Below, one piece after another: positions 11,672-24,100 of a DNA stretch of 64,000 nt. The translations under genes were made by a program, and so were the position numbers. How positions within the stretch are numbered: position 1 is the stretch's first letter; every line of letters begins with the position of its first letter. This stretch comes from Styela clava (taxonomy: Eukaryota): positions 10,540,001 through 10,604,000 of the forward strand of contig NC_135254.1 of assembly GCF_964204865.1 (NCBI RefSeq), read 5' to 3'. A model generated the notes under the pieces. The model ran no database searches, was not told the origin of the DNA, and saw only the letters and a program-made list of their open reading frames with translations.

Positions 11672-14114
11672 TTCCGCGCTAATTATCTAACTTTCTTACC
11701 CCATAACATTCTAATTTGAATCCAAAAATTGAAATAAAACAAGGTTGATATATACCAGATAGGGAAAACTAACGAGTATCGACATAAACTTTCCATGACA
11801 ATACTAAAACATCAAAAGCTATGAATCGATTAGATAACACTAAGTACTATAATCTTCAAAGCAAATAATACAATGCATAATACTTTATGCAATACTTAGA
11901 AATGAATGATTTGATTGCCCACAATAGCATTAAGTATAATTATTCGAAAACCTTCGATATTATTTTTAGTACACTGCAACTAAGAATCATATTTCAAGCC
12001 GCATTACTTTAATTATCAGAAGAGTAATGCAGATAAGACCCTAATTCGACTTGCCGGGATGAAATAATAAGCAGTATGATCTGACAGTTCTTACCTTACA
12101 ATAACTAAGCCTAATATGAGTAATAAAGTTAATAAAGATAATATTTATAAATGTAAAAATAAATAAAGTTTTTGTGGGGGACAGAATGAAACTTCATATC
12201 ACGAGTGGGCTGTTTCAATAACCTTTTAGTCACAACATTTTCGAAATTACAGCAAAGAGATGATTAATGACGAATATGCTTCAGAAGAAAATACCTATTA
12301 CAAGACTGATTAGCCTTGTTATGCGGTATTATCTAGTCACTTATGTTTATGTCATGGATCAAGCAAACCTTATTCATACAGAAACATAGCGGCATTTTAA
12401 AAAATGAAGCACTCAGATATCAAAATTCAATAATTAGAACGGAAGAGGATTGGCTTATTTAGTTGAGATTTGAAAGCAACAATTGTTTCTTTCCTAAAAA
12501 TAAATATCTGTATCATATTTTAATATATGAATTGTTTCTAATATTGGACGAGTTTTTTAATATGAAATCTTTGATTCTGGTCTCACCAATCAACTCAAAT
12601 TATTCGCTAATGTTGAACATGATATTTCGATCATATTCTGTTTGTTTTTGTAGTATAATAAACAATAACTAATAAAGTAAATAATATTTATTTCACTATT
12701 GATACATGAATAACAGGCGGAAAAAATGAATGAATTGTATTGTTTGCTACATTGATTGGCTCATTGGTTGCGTTTTCCGTTTTGGCTTCTACTGCAGAAG
12801 CCATACGATAACCATTACTATGGCCTTCTTACTAAGAAAATGCATGTCGAGAAAACAACAACGGAGAATATGACTAATCTAAGCAGAAAGAAGATGAAAA
12901 TTACATAAACAACAACTATTAAAGTCATACATGAATATCATGACAACTTTATAAGCAAAGTCTGGTAAAGCGATGAATATTGTGGGCTATACTAGAGTTT
13001 TAACCTAATAAAAGTTTAGTAATCTCTTGTGACTGACTGCTGTGCTATCGTAAATGGCAGAAGGATTATTGAACCATTATTAAAAATACACTATTTGATA
13101 TTTGTAGAAAAACTATTCATTTATGAAATAATAAATCCATCAGATTAGATCTATCGCGTCTTATGGAACAAAAAAAATACAAACATAAAATTCAAAAATA
13201 TGTGTTGAAATAAATGAACGATTGTTGGTAAATGAGATGAATTCAGGTTTTGAGTTAGACAAGAAAAAATTTAAATTATATGTAACAACATGATTTATCG
13301 AATATCATTCTTTCTCTTAAGAGGTGTAATTAGACACTTTTATTTTCCATTGCAGAAATGAGTGTAACATTACGATGATGACTTGTGCAACAAACACTAT
13401 TCTCTGAGAGTAGATGTGTGAGCTACATATTTAGTGACGACTTGTGTTTATTTGGTATGTGTATGTGACTCGTCCAATTTTTTAGAATTTGACCAAGTTT
13501 CGGGGAAAGTTTAACGAAATTTGATTCAAAATTCAAGATTATATATTGTAAACTGTATTTTAGAGATACACTAAAATAACTGTTAACGTTCTGGCATTTG
13601 CAAAAATGATTCACTGGAATAATTAGTCATAAAAAACGAACCTTGGTGATCCCCTCGCATTTAATTGATCATAGTATAGTTAAATCTGTATTCAATTTGC
13701 ATTTGTTCGTTTATCATTGCATCTTAGCCACCTGTGCTGTATATTTGGAAAATATGGGAATTTTGCACTGCGACTGAATATCTCGAACCGAAATTAGAAT
13801 GGCGATAACAAGCAGTGATATGTAAATGGGGCATTGGCGCATGTATCAAGCGCACGTATTTGACTTATTATACATATTTTCAATTTCAATAAAATATGAA
13901 TGAATAATATACTAGTGGCAGAAGTAACTAAATGCCAAGGATTTATCAATTCTTTGTGGAAGAAATTTCTTCAAAATGTTTTGGTATTTTTATTATTCTT
14001 TTTGTTTAACAGAGCGTTTAACGTTTTTCAGAGCTAATCATTTTTACTGCTAGTTACATCCGCAAAGCATTACAATCTATATTTGAATTTTGTCAGCTTA
14101 TATGATTCAGAAGA
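11672..14114. promoter_or_regulatory. Divergent (putative bidirectional) promoter spacer, unit 1
   Basis: About 2.4 kb between the ATGs of head-to-head genes. Length and sequence are conserved in all four units. Confidence 0.55.
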
Positions 14115-17100
14115 ATGAGAAGCGAATTAATATTTTTGTTGGTTCTTCTTCAATATCCGAGGCATCTGAACGCAGCAGGTATTATTTCATTGTTATGACT
14201 TTTTTTTAGAAAATTCACTGAAAACAAGGTTACTCATACAGGTATAAGGGAGATTGATCTGATCAAAGATTTTGAGACTATAAGAGCTTAAAGGATAGAA
14301 TTGAGTGTTGGTAAATACCGATCGGCACTAAACTTAAAAGCAGTTCATATCAATACAATCAGTAAAAGATGTGTGAGGTATTGAATTCCATATACATGGA
14401 GTTTTTGGAATGAACTTAGGAATTATAGGTACACTAACAGTGAACCGATGAGAGCTCACAGTCAATCGTATTTAACGACTGAAAACATTTTAGGGGGACA
14501 ATATTCCCATTTTTCAACATTTGGTAATCGGTAGCAACGGTTGCCTGACAATATGAAATGGTAAAATTTGTTTAGATAATATAGGAAAACATTACGTTAT
14601 GTCTCAAATATTAATTTATTTTGCCAGAATGTCGTGAAACGCCCATGGATCTTGTATTTATGCTGGATGGATCGGGTTCAATCACAAATGTGAATTGGGA
14701 GCTTATGAAATCATGGGTCAAGTTGGTAGCAGAAAATTATGACTTAGGCGGATTAACACAGATTGGCGTCGTTCAGTTCTCACACTGGTTTCCAAATGAA
14801 AGGTAAGCTTAGAAAGATATAATCATTCAACAAATCCACGTCAATAAAGTAAGATTTTCCTTTTATTCATTTTGTAAGCCGAATTTATAATTTTTCTTTA
14901 AATTATTCAAAGCAACTGCTCAATCAATTAAAATTAATTTACCTATAAACAACTGCCATGCCATGAATGATTTTTTTTCAAGCGTCAGACCATGAATGTA
15001 GTTTCGAAAATTTTCTGACTGATGTACTGAGCTGTGTTATATATTGTAATATTTTTGGACACGTTAGTGGACATAACGATCGTTTTGTTATTATGTTGTT
15101 ATTGTTCTTGTTGTTCTTTGTTACAGAGAAAAAAAAATCGTTTTTCTCTTTGATCACTGGACCAATCGCTTTAAAATTTCAGTGTTTATTGAGGATCGAA
15201 TTTTTTGCTAAAATGCTATAACTTTGATTTATTTTAAATATTCAATCGAGCTGTATGAAATTCGTTATTTTGTGTGCTATGACGTCATTAAAGTTTGCCA
15301 CCATTTGGCGCTACGTTTTCATATATTGAACATATCTCTCTAGTTTCAATTACCCAAAAAGAGTCAATTTCAAACTTTGCCACTTTGTTGTTCCACTTCG
15401 CTTCGTGTTTTCACTGCTTTTATTTGAGTACAGTCAGCATACATTCTTCCAAAATCATTTTCGGCTTTTCTTTGGGTTTTCGAATCCATTGTCATTCAAC
15501 CACAAAATATGATAAAATGATTTTCATTTTTTTTAACAGCGCACAGCCATATTTAAAAACTGAAATACAGCTCGGAAAACTGAAGACTGAAGCCCAATTT
15601 AAGGTAAAATATTCATCGAGCGTTGAATACCGCTGAGGGGGGTAGCGTCACGGTACGATCAGACGAGTTTGTGTTTCAGAGTGTTTGCTGATAATGTCTC
15701 AAGCAGGTAGAATAAAAAGTATTCTTCTATAAATAAAATACAATGGTGAAATTTCGAGTTAGTTATTGGGCGACATAGGTGTCAAAAAAAATTTGAGAAA
15801 ACAGCAATATCATTCGTAAAATCAAAATTACTAAAAACCAAAATTTAGACGGACTTCGTGTGTACACGAAATGTAGTTTCCCAACAATGCTATTGAGCTA
15901 GTGTGGAGTCACGTTCTATGCAGGATAGAATTTAAAGGAAAATTTGTCGTATGATTTATCTTATTAAAAAGATTTGTTCACAAATTTGTGATATTTAAAT
16001 ATATCAAAATGCAATTAGCTTTAAAATAATAACTGAGTATTCCTTAGGCCGCTGTTGACGAAATATCAATTCATGGATTCACAACTTACACTGCACATGC
16101 CATCAACAAAACAGTAAACGAAGATTTCATGAGATCTGATCGTTTTTATGATGCTTCAGTGAAGAAAATCATTATTTTATTTACAGATGGAAGGTAATAA
16201 CTTGTCTGAACAATGTCTGAATACATGCAAAATGCCCCTATAAATCGTATCGTTAACTGTTGTTCATGTTTTTGTTATTATTGTTAATTTTCACGGTTCA
16301 TGTAATGGTAGTTAGCAGAGTTCTTTTGATATATCCGTATATTTAGCCCCTTTGTTTTTCAACTTGGGTTTGTGCGCGATATATATTATTTTTATACCAT
16401 CAAGATATTAGTTGTTGAAAATCTAAATGAATGTTATTTTAAAGCTTATTATTCAGAATTGCTACTTCAATATTTACCAAATTATTCTAATCTTAGACAT
16501 CCAAAAATTAAGAAGTAGTATAAAACCGTTTTTGTTTTGCTCGATTTATTGAAGGTATGTAGATTATATGTATGTAGATTGTAGATGATTGTAGATAATT
16601 TTTTAAATCTTTTGAAGATCTACCGACAGAAATGATTTGCTTTTGTCAGCAAAATATGCTCGGTCAAATGGGATTACTATATTTGCAGTTGGTGCTGGAG
16701 GTTATGTAATAGAGGAATTACAGGTAATCTGAAAAGTTGTAACAAATTGAAATAAGAGAAATTTTATGTTTCAATATATTATAGCTTTTCTACCTTTTGT
16801 CTAATCATTATATTTCTGTGTATTAAAGATTGTTCATCAACAAGACTGAGAAAGTATAACTAAATTAGTTATCAGGATAAAACTCTTTTTGACTGAGATT
16901 GATAAGTAACAATGTAGGCTACTGTACTTGTTTAAATGTTGTTTACATATATGAAAACAAGAATACCTATAAGCCATATTTGCATGATAATTTCTTTCTA
17001 ACAAAATGTCTATAATTCTAGCCATTAATTTGTATTCCGTGATTAGATAAGTTAGAACTCTATTAAGTAGTATTTTAAAATATTGAATAGTCATCATAAG

Positions 17101-19120
17101 CATTGCATGATTCACCGATAAATTCAACTAATATGCATATGCAATAAATACATGCACGCGATTTACATATAAAACAAGCCGGTAAACGCCCAGAATCTGC
17201 ACTGATACTTGAGGCCGGAGGTTCAGGAAAACGTTACCACACATGCAAAATAACAGATCTATAACGACAGTGTACTGCGGAACTGCCAGTTCATTTGAAC
17301 GATGCGCGGCTCTTCAGCATCTCAGCTTTGGCGGTTTTCTGTGTTTAATTGTCAAAACATATTTACTTGTATTCCAAACTCCTGAGGTTTCCCCAGTTGT
17401 AAAGTATCGAAATTAAATTACGAAATATTCTTCTACAGCAACATCCAGCAACATCAATTTTAAGTGCATTTACTTTCAATCGTTTGATATTAGAGCATTT
17501 TGTGCTCTTTGCAAACGATTGCGGGAGTGCTAGCATAACACACTGTACTTTATGAGTGATTGTCTGTGTTTTCTCGTTTGCAATGAATTTTTCTTTAGGA
17601 ATATTGACTAGTGACGCTATGCTTCGCGTCTTTTGCCACCAATCACGTGTTGCCTGTGCTTGAACATATTTGAATATACAGCGCTAGGATCGAGGGAAGG
17701 GACGTGCCAAACTTCTCTGCTGTTCAGTATGAGGTTATGATAGCAATGCCCCATAACTCCAAATCAATTCGCGGAATAAACAAATTATAGATGTTGTTAT
17801 AAATGAGAATGAATAACTTGAAGGTCACGTATGAGGAGAATGTTTGTTGTATAATTGCGATATATCACTATGTGTTGGCATGTAATAAGACTCCGGCATC
17901 CCTTTTAATTTAGCTTGCACTGGTATAATTGTGTTCATTTTTAACGACATAGTTCAATTGGGATCATATGAGTAGGAAATAACAAATAAAACGGTACCAA
18001 AAATATTTTTTTAGTAACGAACAAGACCTAACTTCGTATAGCTTGACTACAACGGATGTTTATACCGAAACATATAAAAATCAACTTTTATTCACAGATT
18101 ATTGCAAATGGCCAGGTCAATAACAATGAACGGGTGATCACAGTTTCAAATTTTACTAGGCTGAATACTACGGTAGATATTTTAAAGCAAGGTATATGTG
18201 TTATCCAAGGTAATGTTGATATTAATAGTCATTTTTTATTGAGGCAGCCACGATATATTAGTAGCATATAATTTCGAACTACGTTTTCAAAAATTCTTTG
18301 CGCCCGAATCTGATATTGAGCCAAGTCACTATAATAATTAAATGTTACACATATCGACATCATAAGCCAAAATGATATTCGATTTTTTTGTTTGTTAAAA
18401 TCAGTGGATTATAAGATGAGATGCTTTTTGCAGGCTACCACAACAAAATTAACGATTGAAATTTATTTTCTCGTTTTCGAAAAGCATTTTGTTCAATGCG
18501 CAGCGCTAACAATAACTCATTTCCTACAGATTTTTTAGCATATAATATAGAAATTAACATTCACCACAAGATATAACTGCTGAAATGTTCAAATTAAAGA
18601 GGGAATTATATAAAATTTAAAAAAATATTTACATTCGTTTATAGCTCCCTTCATAGTGTCTCGCTACACTTGCACAACTTCATCGTTAGAAGTTCAATGG
18701 AAAACAACTACATTTAAGTCGGTGTTCTCATACAGACTTCAAATTCGGGTTAGCTTTATAAATAAAATGAAAATCATTACATTGGTATAAAACACTTTTA
18801 CTGTGCGCTAGAACTTGTCATTTTATGCTAAATATCACATTTATGTATTTAACTTATAGGATCTCAAGACCAAAGAAATCAAGAAGACAAGCGTTCAATT
18901 ACTCATGAAAAAGGAACCAACAATAAAAATTCACGAAGAAAACACATCTTCAAAGTTTGCCTGCGTCACTACGACAAATTTGTATATTTCAAGCAACTAC
19001 GAAATTGTTGTTGAGCAAATATCGGCAAAAACAAACAATCAAATAAAAACCATATCCAAAGTTCTTCACAATGCAAATGGGAAGACTATTATGCGGTTAA
19101 CGTTTCTTGACTTTGTCTGA
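14115..19120 (+). CDS. Secreted VWA (I-domain-like) + FN3-like protein, copy 1 (343 aa)
   Basis: Exons 14115-14178 (MRSELIFLLVLLQYPRHLNAA), 14628-14802 (DLVFMLDGSGS), 15540-15603, 16048-16193 (GFTTYT..IILFTDG), 16618-16723 (GITIFAVG), 18098-18209, 18645-18748 (TTSSLEVQW..YRLQI), 18860-19120 (TNLYISSNYEIVV). Total 1032 nt, open, no TM segment. Confidence 0.88.
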
Positions 19121-21166
19121 GTTATATTCCGGATATCAGACATTTTAAAAAAAAAAAGATATTTTTTACACATACCAATTTAAAACACATGTAAATCTAT
19201 ATATGTGTGCGTGTTTTTTCATTCAGTGTATCGGTGGAAACCAAAATTAAACATATTAGGACAATCCATCTATTATATGCTGATAGCCACCACCACATTC
19301 AGAGTGTAATGAACTGGGTTAGGAATACGGAACCGGAAATATTCTGGTCCATCAAGATCTGTTCTTTATGTCCTATTTACTACTTCCATGGTTTCTTATT
19401 TGGGGTGAAATTGTGGAGAACACTTCATAAAAATAATGCCAACTGATTACATCTCCAAACTTGATTGAAATCCTGATTCGAATTGCTAATACAGTCAATT
19501 ATTCAGGCTGTACTTGGGCATTTGATACTGGCAAGGAAAGCCAACACTGCTTGACAATACAATCAAACTCAGTTCAGGTGAATTAAACTGAATGTTCTCT
19601 TTGCCATTCAGATTCCAGATTCAGATTCTGTCAAATAGATTATCACCTGTTATGTAAATAGATCGAAATCATGTATTCAAATTTATATGAAAAATATGTA
19701 GATTTTTTATTATTTTTCAGAATCGTTTTCGAAATCAATTTGCTTTGATTCATTTTAATGAATATTTATTATGAACACATTTCAAACTTATATTAGTAAA
19801 TTTAAAAAAAACGAATGTAATAAAGTTTTAATTTTATTTGGTTGATGTATTACAGTCTTGGAGAAACTTTTATTGCCATTATCTTAATGTTTAGTACAAA
19901 ACTATGTTATTTAGTTTATATACTCTGTCGAATTACTTATCTTCGAACGTAAGGGCAGTCAGCTAACTAAAGAAAATCATTCGAGCATGTATGTTTTTAC
20001 GTCACTACTCACAAATACCGCCATCGGTATCACATCATGAGAAAGCGTTTACCGTTTACCAAGATTTTATTTGTGCTTTTGTTTTCTTTTGAGATATCTA
20101 GGTCATATTTGAACAAATACATTCAATTTAAAATATTAATTTGTGAATATATGCTCACAAACAATATTTGTATTGAATATATAAAATTTTCGACCTTCAG
20201 TCATAGTTTTGTACAAAACGAAAATATTAATTGACCACACAGGTATGTTGATACAAAATTACAAAAAATTTCGTTTTTATTGATAACATACATGTCCTTC
20301 ATGTTTATTCAACTACTTGAAAAGTCGTTATCAAGAATATAACCAATTGAAGCGAGTCAAATGGAAGCATATTATATTTTCTGCTCTTCCTTCATTCAAA
20401 GTATTAACATGCAAAGCAAATAGATTAATGTGAACTCATGACTTAGTCCTATAGCATTAAATAGTAAAACGATACCACCAAGCTTCAAATTATTAATATC
20501 AGTTATTGCAAGAAGAATGTCAATGGCCCCAATAGACAAAGAATGAAAAAACTTCACAAAAAATGTTTATAATTCAGAAGGAAACGTGGGATGGCTGTTA
20601 TCAGGATATAGCTTTCAATAGATTATGACTTTAATTTACTCGAGTTTAGAAATATTTGTTGGAAAAACTTGATAATTAGACAATACTGCTTGTGTACCCG
20701 TTTTCATTTATGGTGGGAAATAGAGAGCCAAGGAATATCACAATGCATCCATAATATACTACATCAAACTTATATTATTAAACGGAACGCTTGAAAAGGG
20801 GCAAATGCATTTCAAAGAAACCATTAGCAGCTCAGATCATCTCATGAGAGTTATACAAATCTAGATCCTTCTTAGCTGGTTCGTATGCCACTTTCGGTCT
20901 TCTTTCGGACTTAACTTCACGTGACTTGCCTTTATAATAAAAGAGCCGAATTTCACATCCGAATCTCACGGAAAATTAACAAGAAAAACTTGAATTAATA
21001 TGCAATGGTATTTTGTTTCAATAAATATCAGTCAACACAAGCGCAAAAGTTTAAGAACAAGTAGTAATAGTTAAAGTCACAATGTGTATATGTGTATCGG
21101 AAAGAATAATATGATTCAGGATTGAACAAAAATGACAAAGGGCGATCGCCATTTATATTCAACATG

Positions 21167-24100
21167 TCAAGCATCATATTCATTTTCAGGCATTGAATTG
21201 ATGTACGGATGTTCTTTTGTTGTACGATCATTCATTTCTTCGTATTGATGATCTCCGTCTTTTATTTCTTCATAATTATGTGGGATTTCATAATTACCTT
21301 CTTTTTCTTCTCTTAACTCATTATTTCGGGAGTTCAATTGGGATGTTTGAATTTTATCATATTTTTCATGAGAAACCGGGACGTCATTAACAACCTCATT
21401 CATCTCTGAAAGACGTTGTGGTTGAGTGTCGTTTTTTTTTTTAGAAATTCCCCTGTGAACAACAATAAACTTGAAATAATTCACAAGTAGGCTTTTGGAT
21501 AGAAACAATGGATTTTTTTTTTCTTGAATTGCTTCTGTTATAGAGGACTTAGCTTATATATTAGCTAAACGTCATCGTGATCGGACGAAAATGTTAGCCC
21601 AGTATTCAAGACATTGTTCCGGACATTGAGATTGTTACTGCTGTATAAAAGATTTTATTTTACTTATTCAATTGAGAGGAAATACTCCAAATCGTTCAAA
21701 ATATACACATTTTATTGTAGTATCGATCATTTCTCACCTCATTACTTTGCATCTACGAATCAGCAAACCAATTCCGAATAAAATAGCTGCGAGAATCAAT
21801 GTGACTATGGATGAGATAATTGCAACCAATAAATTGTTGTGGTCTGCAATATAATATGTAGTAAGAATCATAAACCTTAAAAATCTATCAGGAATTTACC
21901 ACGCAACAATACTGAAGAGAGGTTAAACATGAGTTGTAAACATCGAAAAGTCAGTGAGCATATTGTACCACAAAGTGGTAGTTTGAAAACCCTAATATTG
22001 TGCACTTAGAACTAATGTCTCTTATAAGCTGTAAGCTATATAATCTTACCACCAGAAGCCATTGTGGTAGTAGTGATTGCACTAGTGAGAAAGATAGTGT
22101 TTATCTCAGTAGTTTTTGTGTCATTTGCAATGGCAGACAATGTGGAAGTATGTGTCATGTAAGTAGGAGTTGTAAATTCTTGGTATAAATTTGTTGCTGT
22201 CATTTCAACAGTTGCCGCAGTGGACGTTGTATTACAGGCAGTATCTCTTGAACAATTGATCGTCTGGAAAAAGTAATTCTGATTTAGCAATTTTTTGATT
22301 TAAATGTACGATAACTTTTATATATTCTAATAGCTATTCAAATCCTAAGTTTAATGTTCTTTAAAATGTTGAGCAAATTTGAAAATCCCTATAGAAATAT
22401 TAATTAACGTGCTAATGAAAATTATTGAAAGTGAATAATGTATCAGAAACTTCTTAGGAGAATTTGTCAATAGCAAGGTCGGTCCTGCGCTCTGAATCAG
22501 AATTATTGGAGATTCACTATTAAAACTGCGGCTTATACACTAAAATATTGAGAACTATTAAATCAACGTAGAATGATAATCATTTTTCTTTCGATTACCT
22601 CAGAGGTCAGAAATTATCAAATTACACCAAAATGAGATATTTATTTTTATTTTATACCTCAAAATTGAATCCAATGCAAATATTGGTCCCCGCCATTCCC
22701 AAGGCAATGCATGTTCGATTTCGTACTTTCATCATTGAGCTGCAGTTACATGTACTCCACGATGACCAAGTTTCCCAGTAACTTCCTACATAGTGTTAAC
22801 ATAATCTTAACTGAGAATTAACGTGCGCTTCCTCTTTTTATCGTTTTCATTGATGATGCATATTAAAACTATATCAGCATAGTATAACATAGTGAACAGC
22901 AACGGCGTGAGCCAGTGAAAACATTCGTAACATTTTGCAGCCACAAACAACTACCACCGAAGACGGGTTTCACATGAGTTGTAAAAAACAGAAAGTCAGT
23001 GAGCATATTGTACCATAAAATAGTAGTTTGGAAAATCAAATTTTGTGCACTCAAGACTAATGTCTCTTATAATTTGTAAGCTATATAATCTTACCACCAG
23101 AAGTCGTTGTGTTAGTAGTGATTGCACTTGTGGGAAAAAGAGTGTTTCTCTCCGTAGTTTTTAAATCATTTGCATTGGCAGACAATGTGGAAGTTTGTGT
23201 CATGTCTGTAGGAGTTGTAAATACATGATATATATTTGTTGCTGTCATTTCAACAGTTGCCGCGGTGGACGTTGTACTACAGGCAGTGTCTCTTGAACAA
23301 TTGGTCGTCTGGAGAAAGTAATTGTGATTTAGCAAATTTTTTTTATTCAATATATGTACGATAATTTTTTATATATTCCAACAGGTATTTAAATGCGTTG
23401 TTTAATGTTTTTCAAACAGTTACAGAAATTTAAAAATTTTCACCAAAATATTATTTCACACACTAATGAAAAATATCGAAAATGAATAATTTAGATGAAT
23501 CAGAAACTTTTGAGGAGAACTTGTCAATAGTCAGGTCCTGCGCCCTAAATTGGAATTATTAGATATTCAATTTTAGGACTGCGGATTATACACTAAAATA
23601 GTAAAAATTATCAAAACAAGATAGAATGATAATCATTTTTCATTTTGAGCACTTTAAAAGATCAGAAATTATTATATTACTACAAAGAGTGGCATTTTTC
23701 TATATCTTACCTCAAAATTAGAACCAATGCAAACATTGGGCCCCGTCCTTTCCGAATTAATGCATGTTCGATTCCGTACTTTCAACATTGAGCTGCAGTT
23801 ACATATACTCCACGATGACCAGGTTTCCCAGTATCTTCCTACATAGTGTGAACATAATCTTAACTCAGAATTAACGCGCGCTTACTCTTTTCATCGATTT
23901 TGTTGATGATGCATATTCCAACTATATCATATTCTGATTTTTCTGCTCTTTGAATTTGTTGATTTTCAAATAATTATAGATTCAGAGCTAAATTTATTTT
24001 ATCATAGTTGAAACTAAGTTAAGTTGGAGTTCTAATATATGTGTTCTATTTATATTCCTGTTCATGTTTTGCGTTATACTAAAATCCTATTTTTAACATT

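Noticed and set aside
12463-12672. Recurrent ORF MRFESNNCFF.. in each spacer
   Set aside because: Non-ATG start, low-complexity AT-rich translation and variable length. Its recurrence is explained by the duplication.
11672-14114. NF-kB-like sites (gggaaaact, ggggaaagtt) in the spacer
   Set aside because: They do not fit the GGGRNNYYCC consensus and cannot be supported by eye.
23885-23933. Candidate mini-exon EYDIVGICIINKIDEK before the TSP1 exon of receptor 2
   Set aside because: The homologous sequence has an in-frame stop in receptors 3 and 4 and lacks the donor in the 22.8-kb duplicate; treated as intron.
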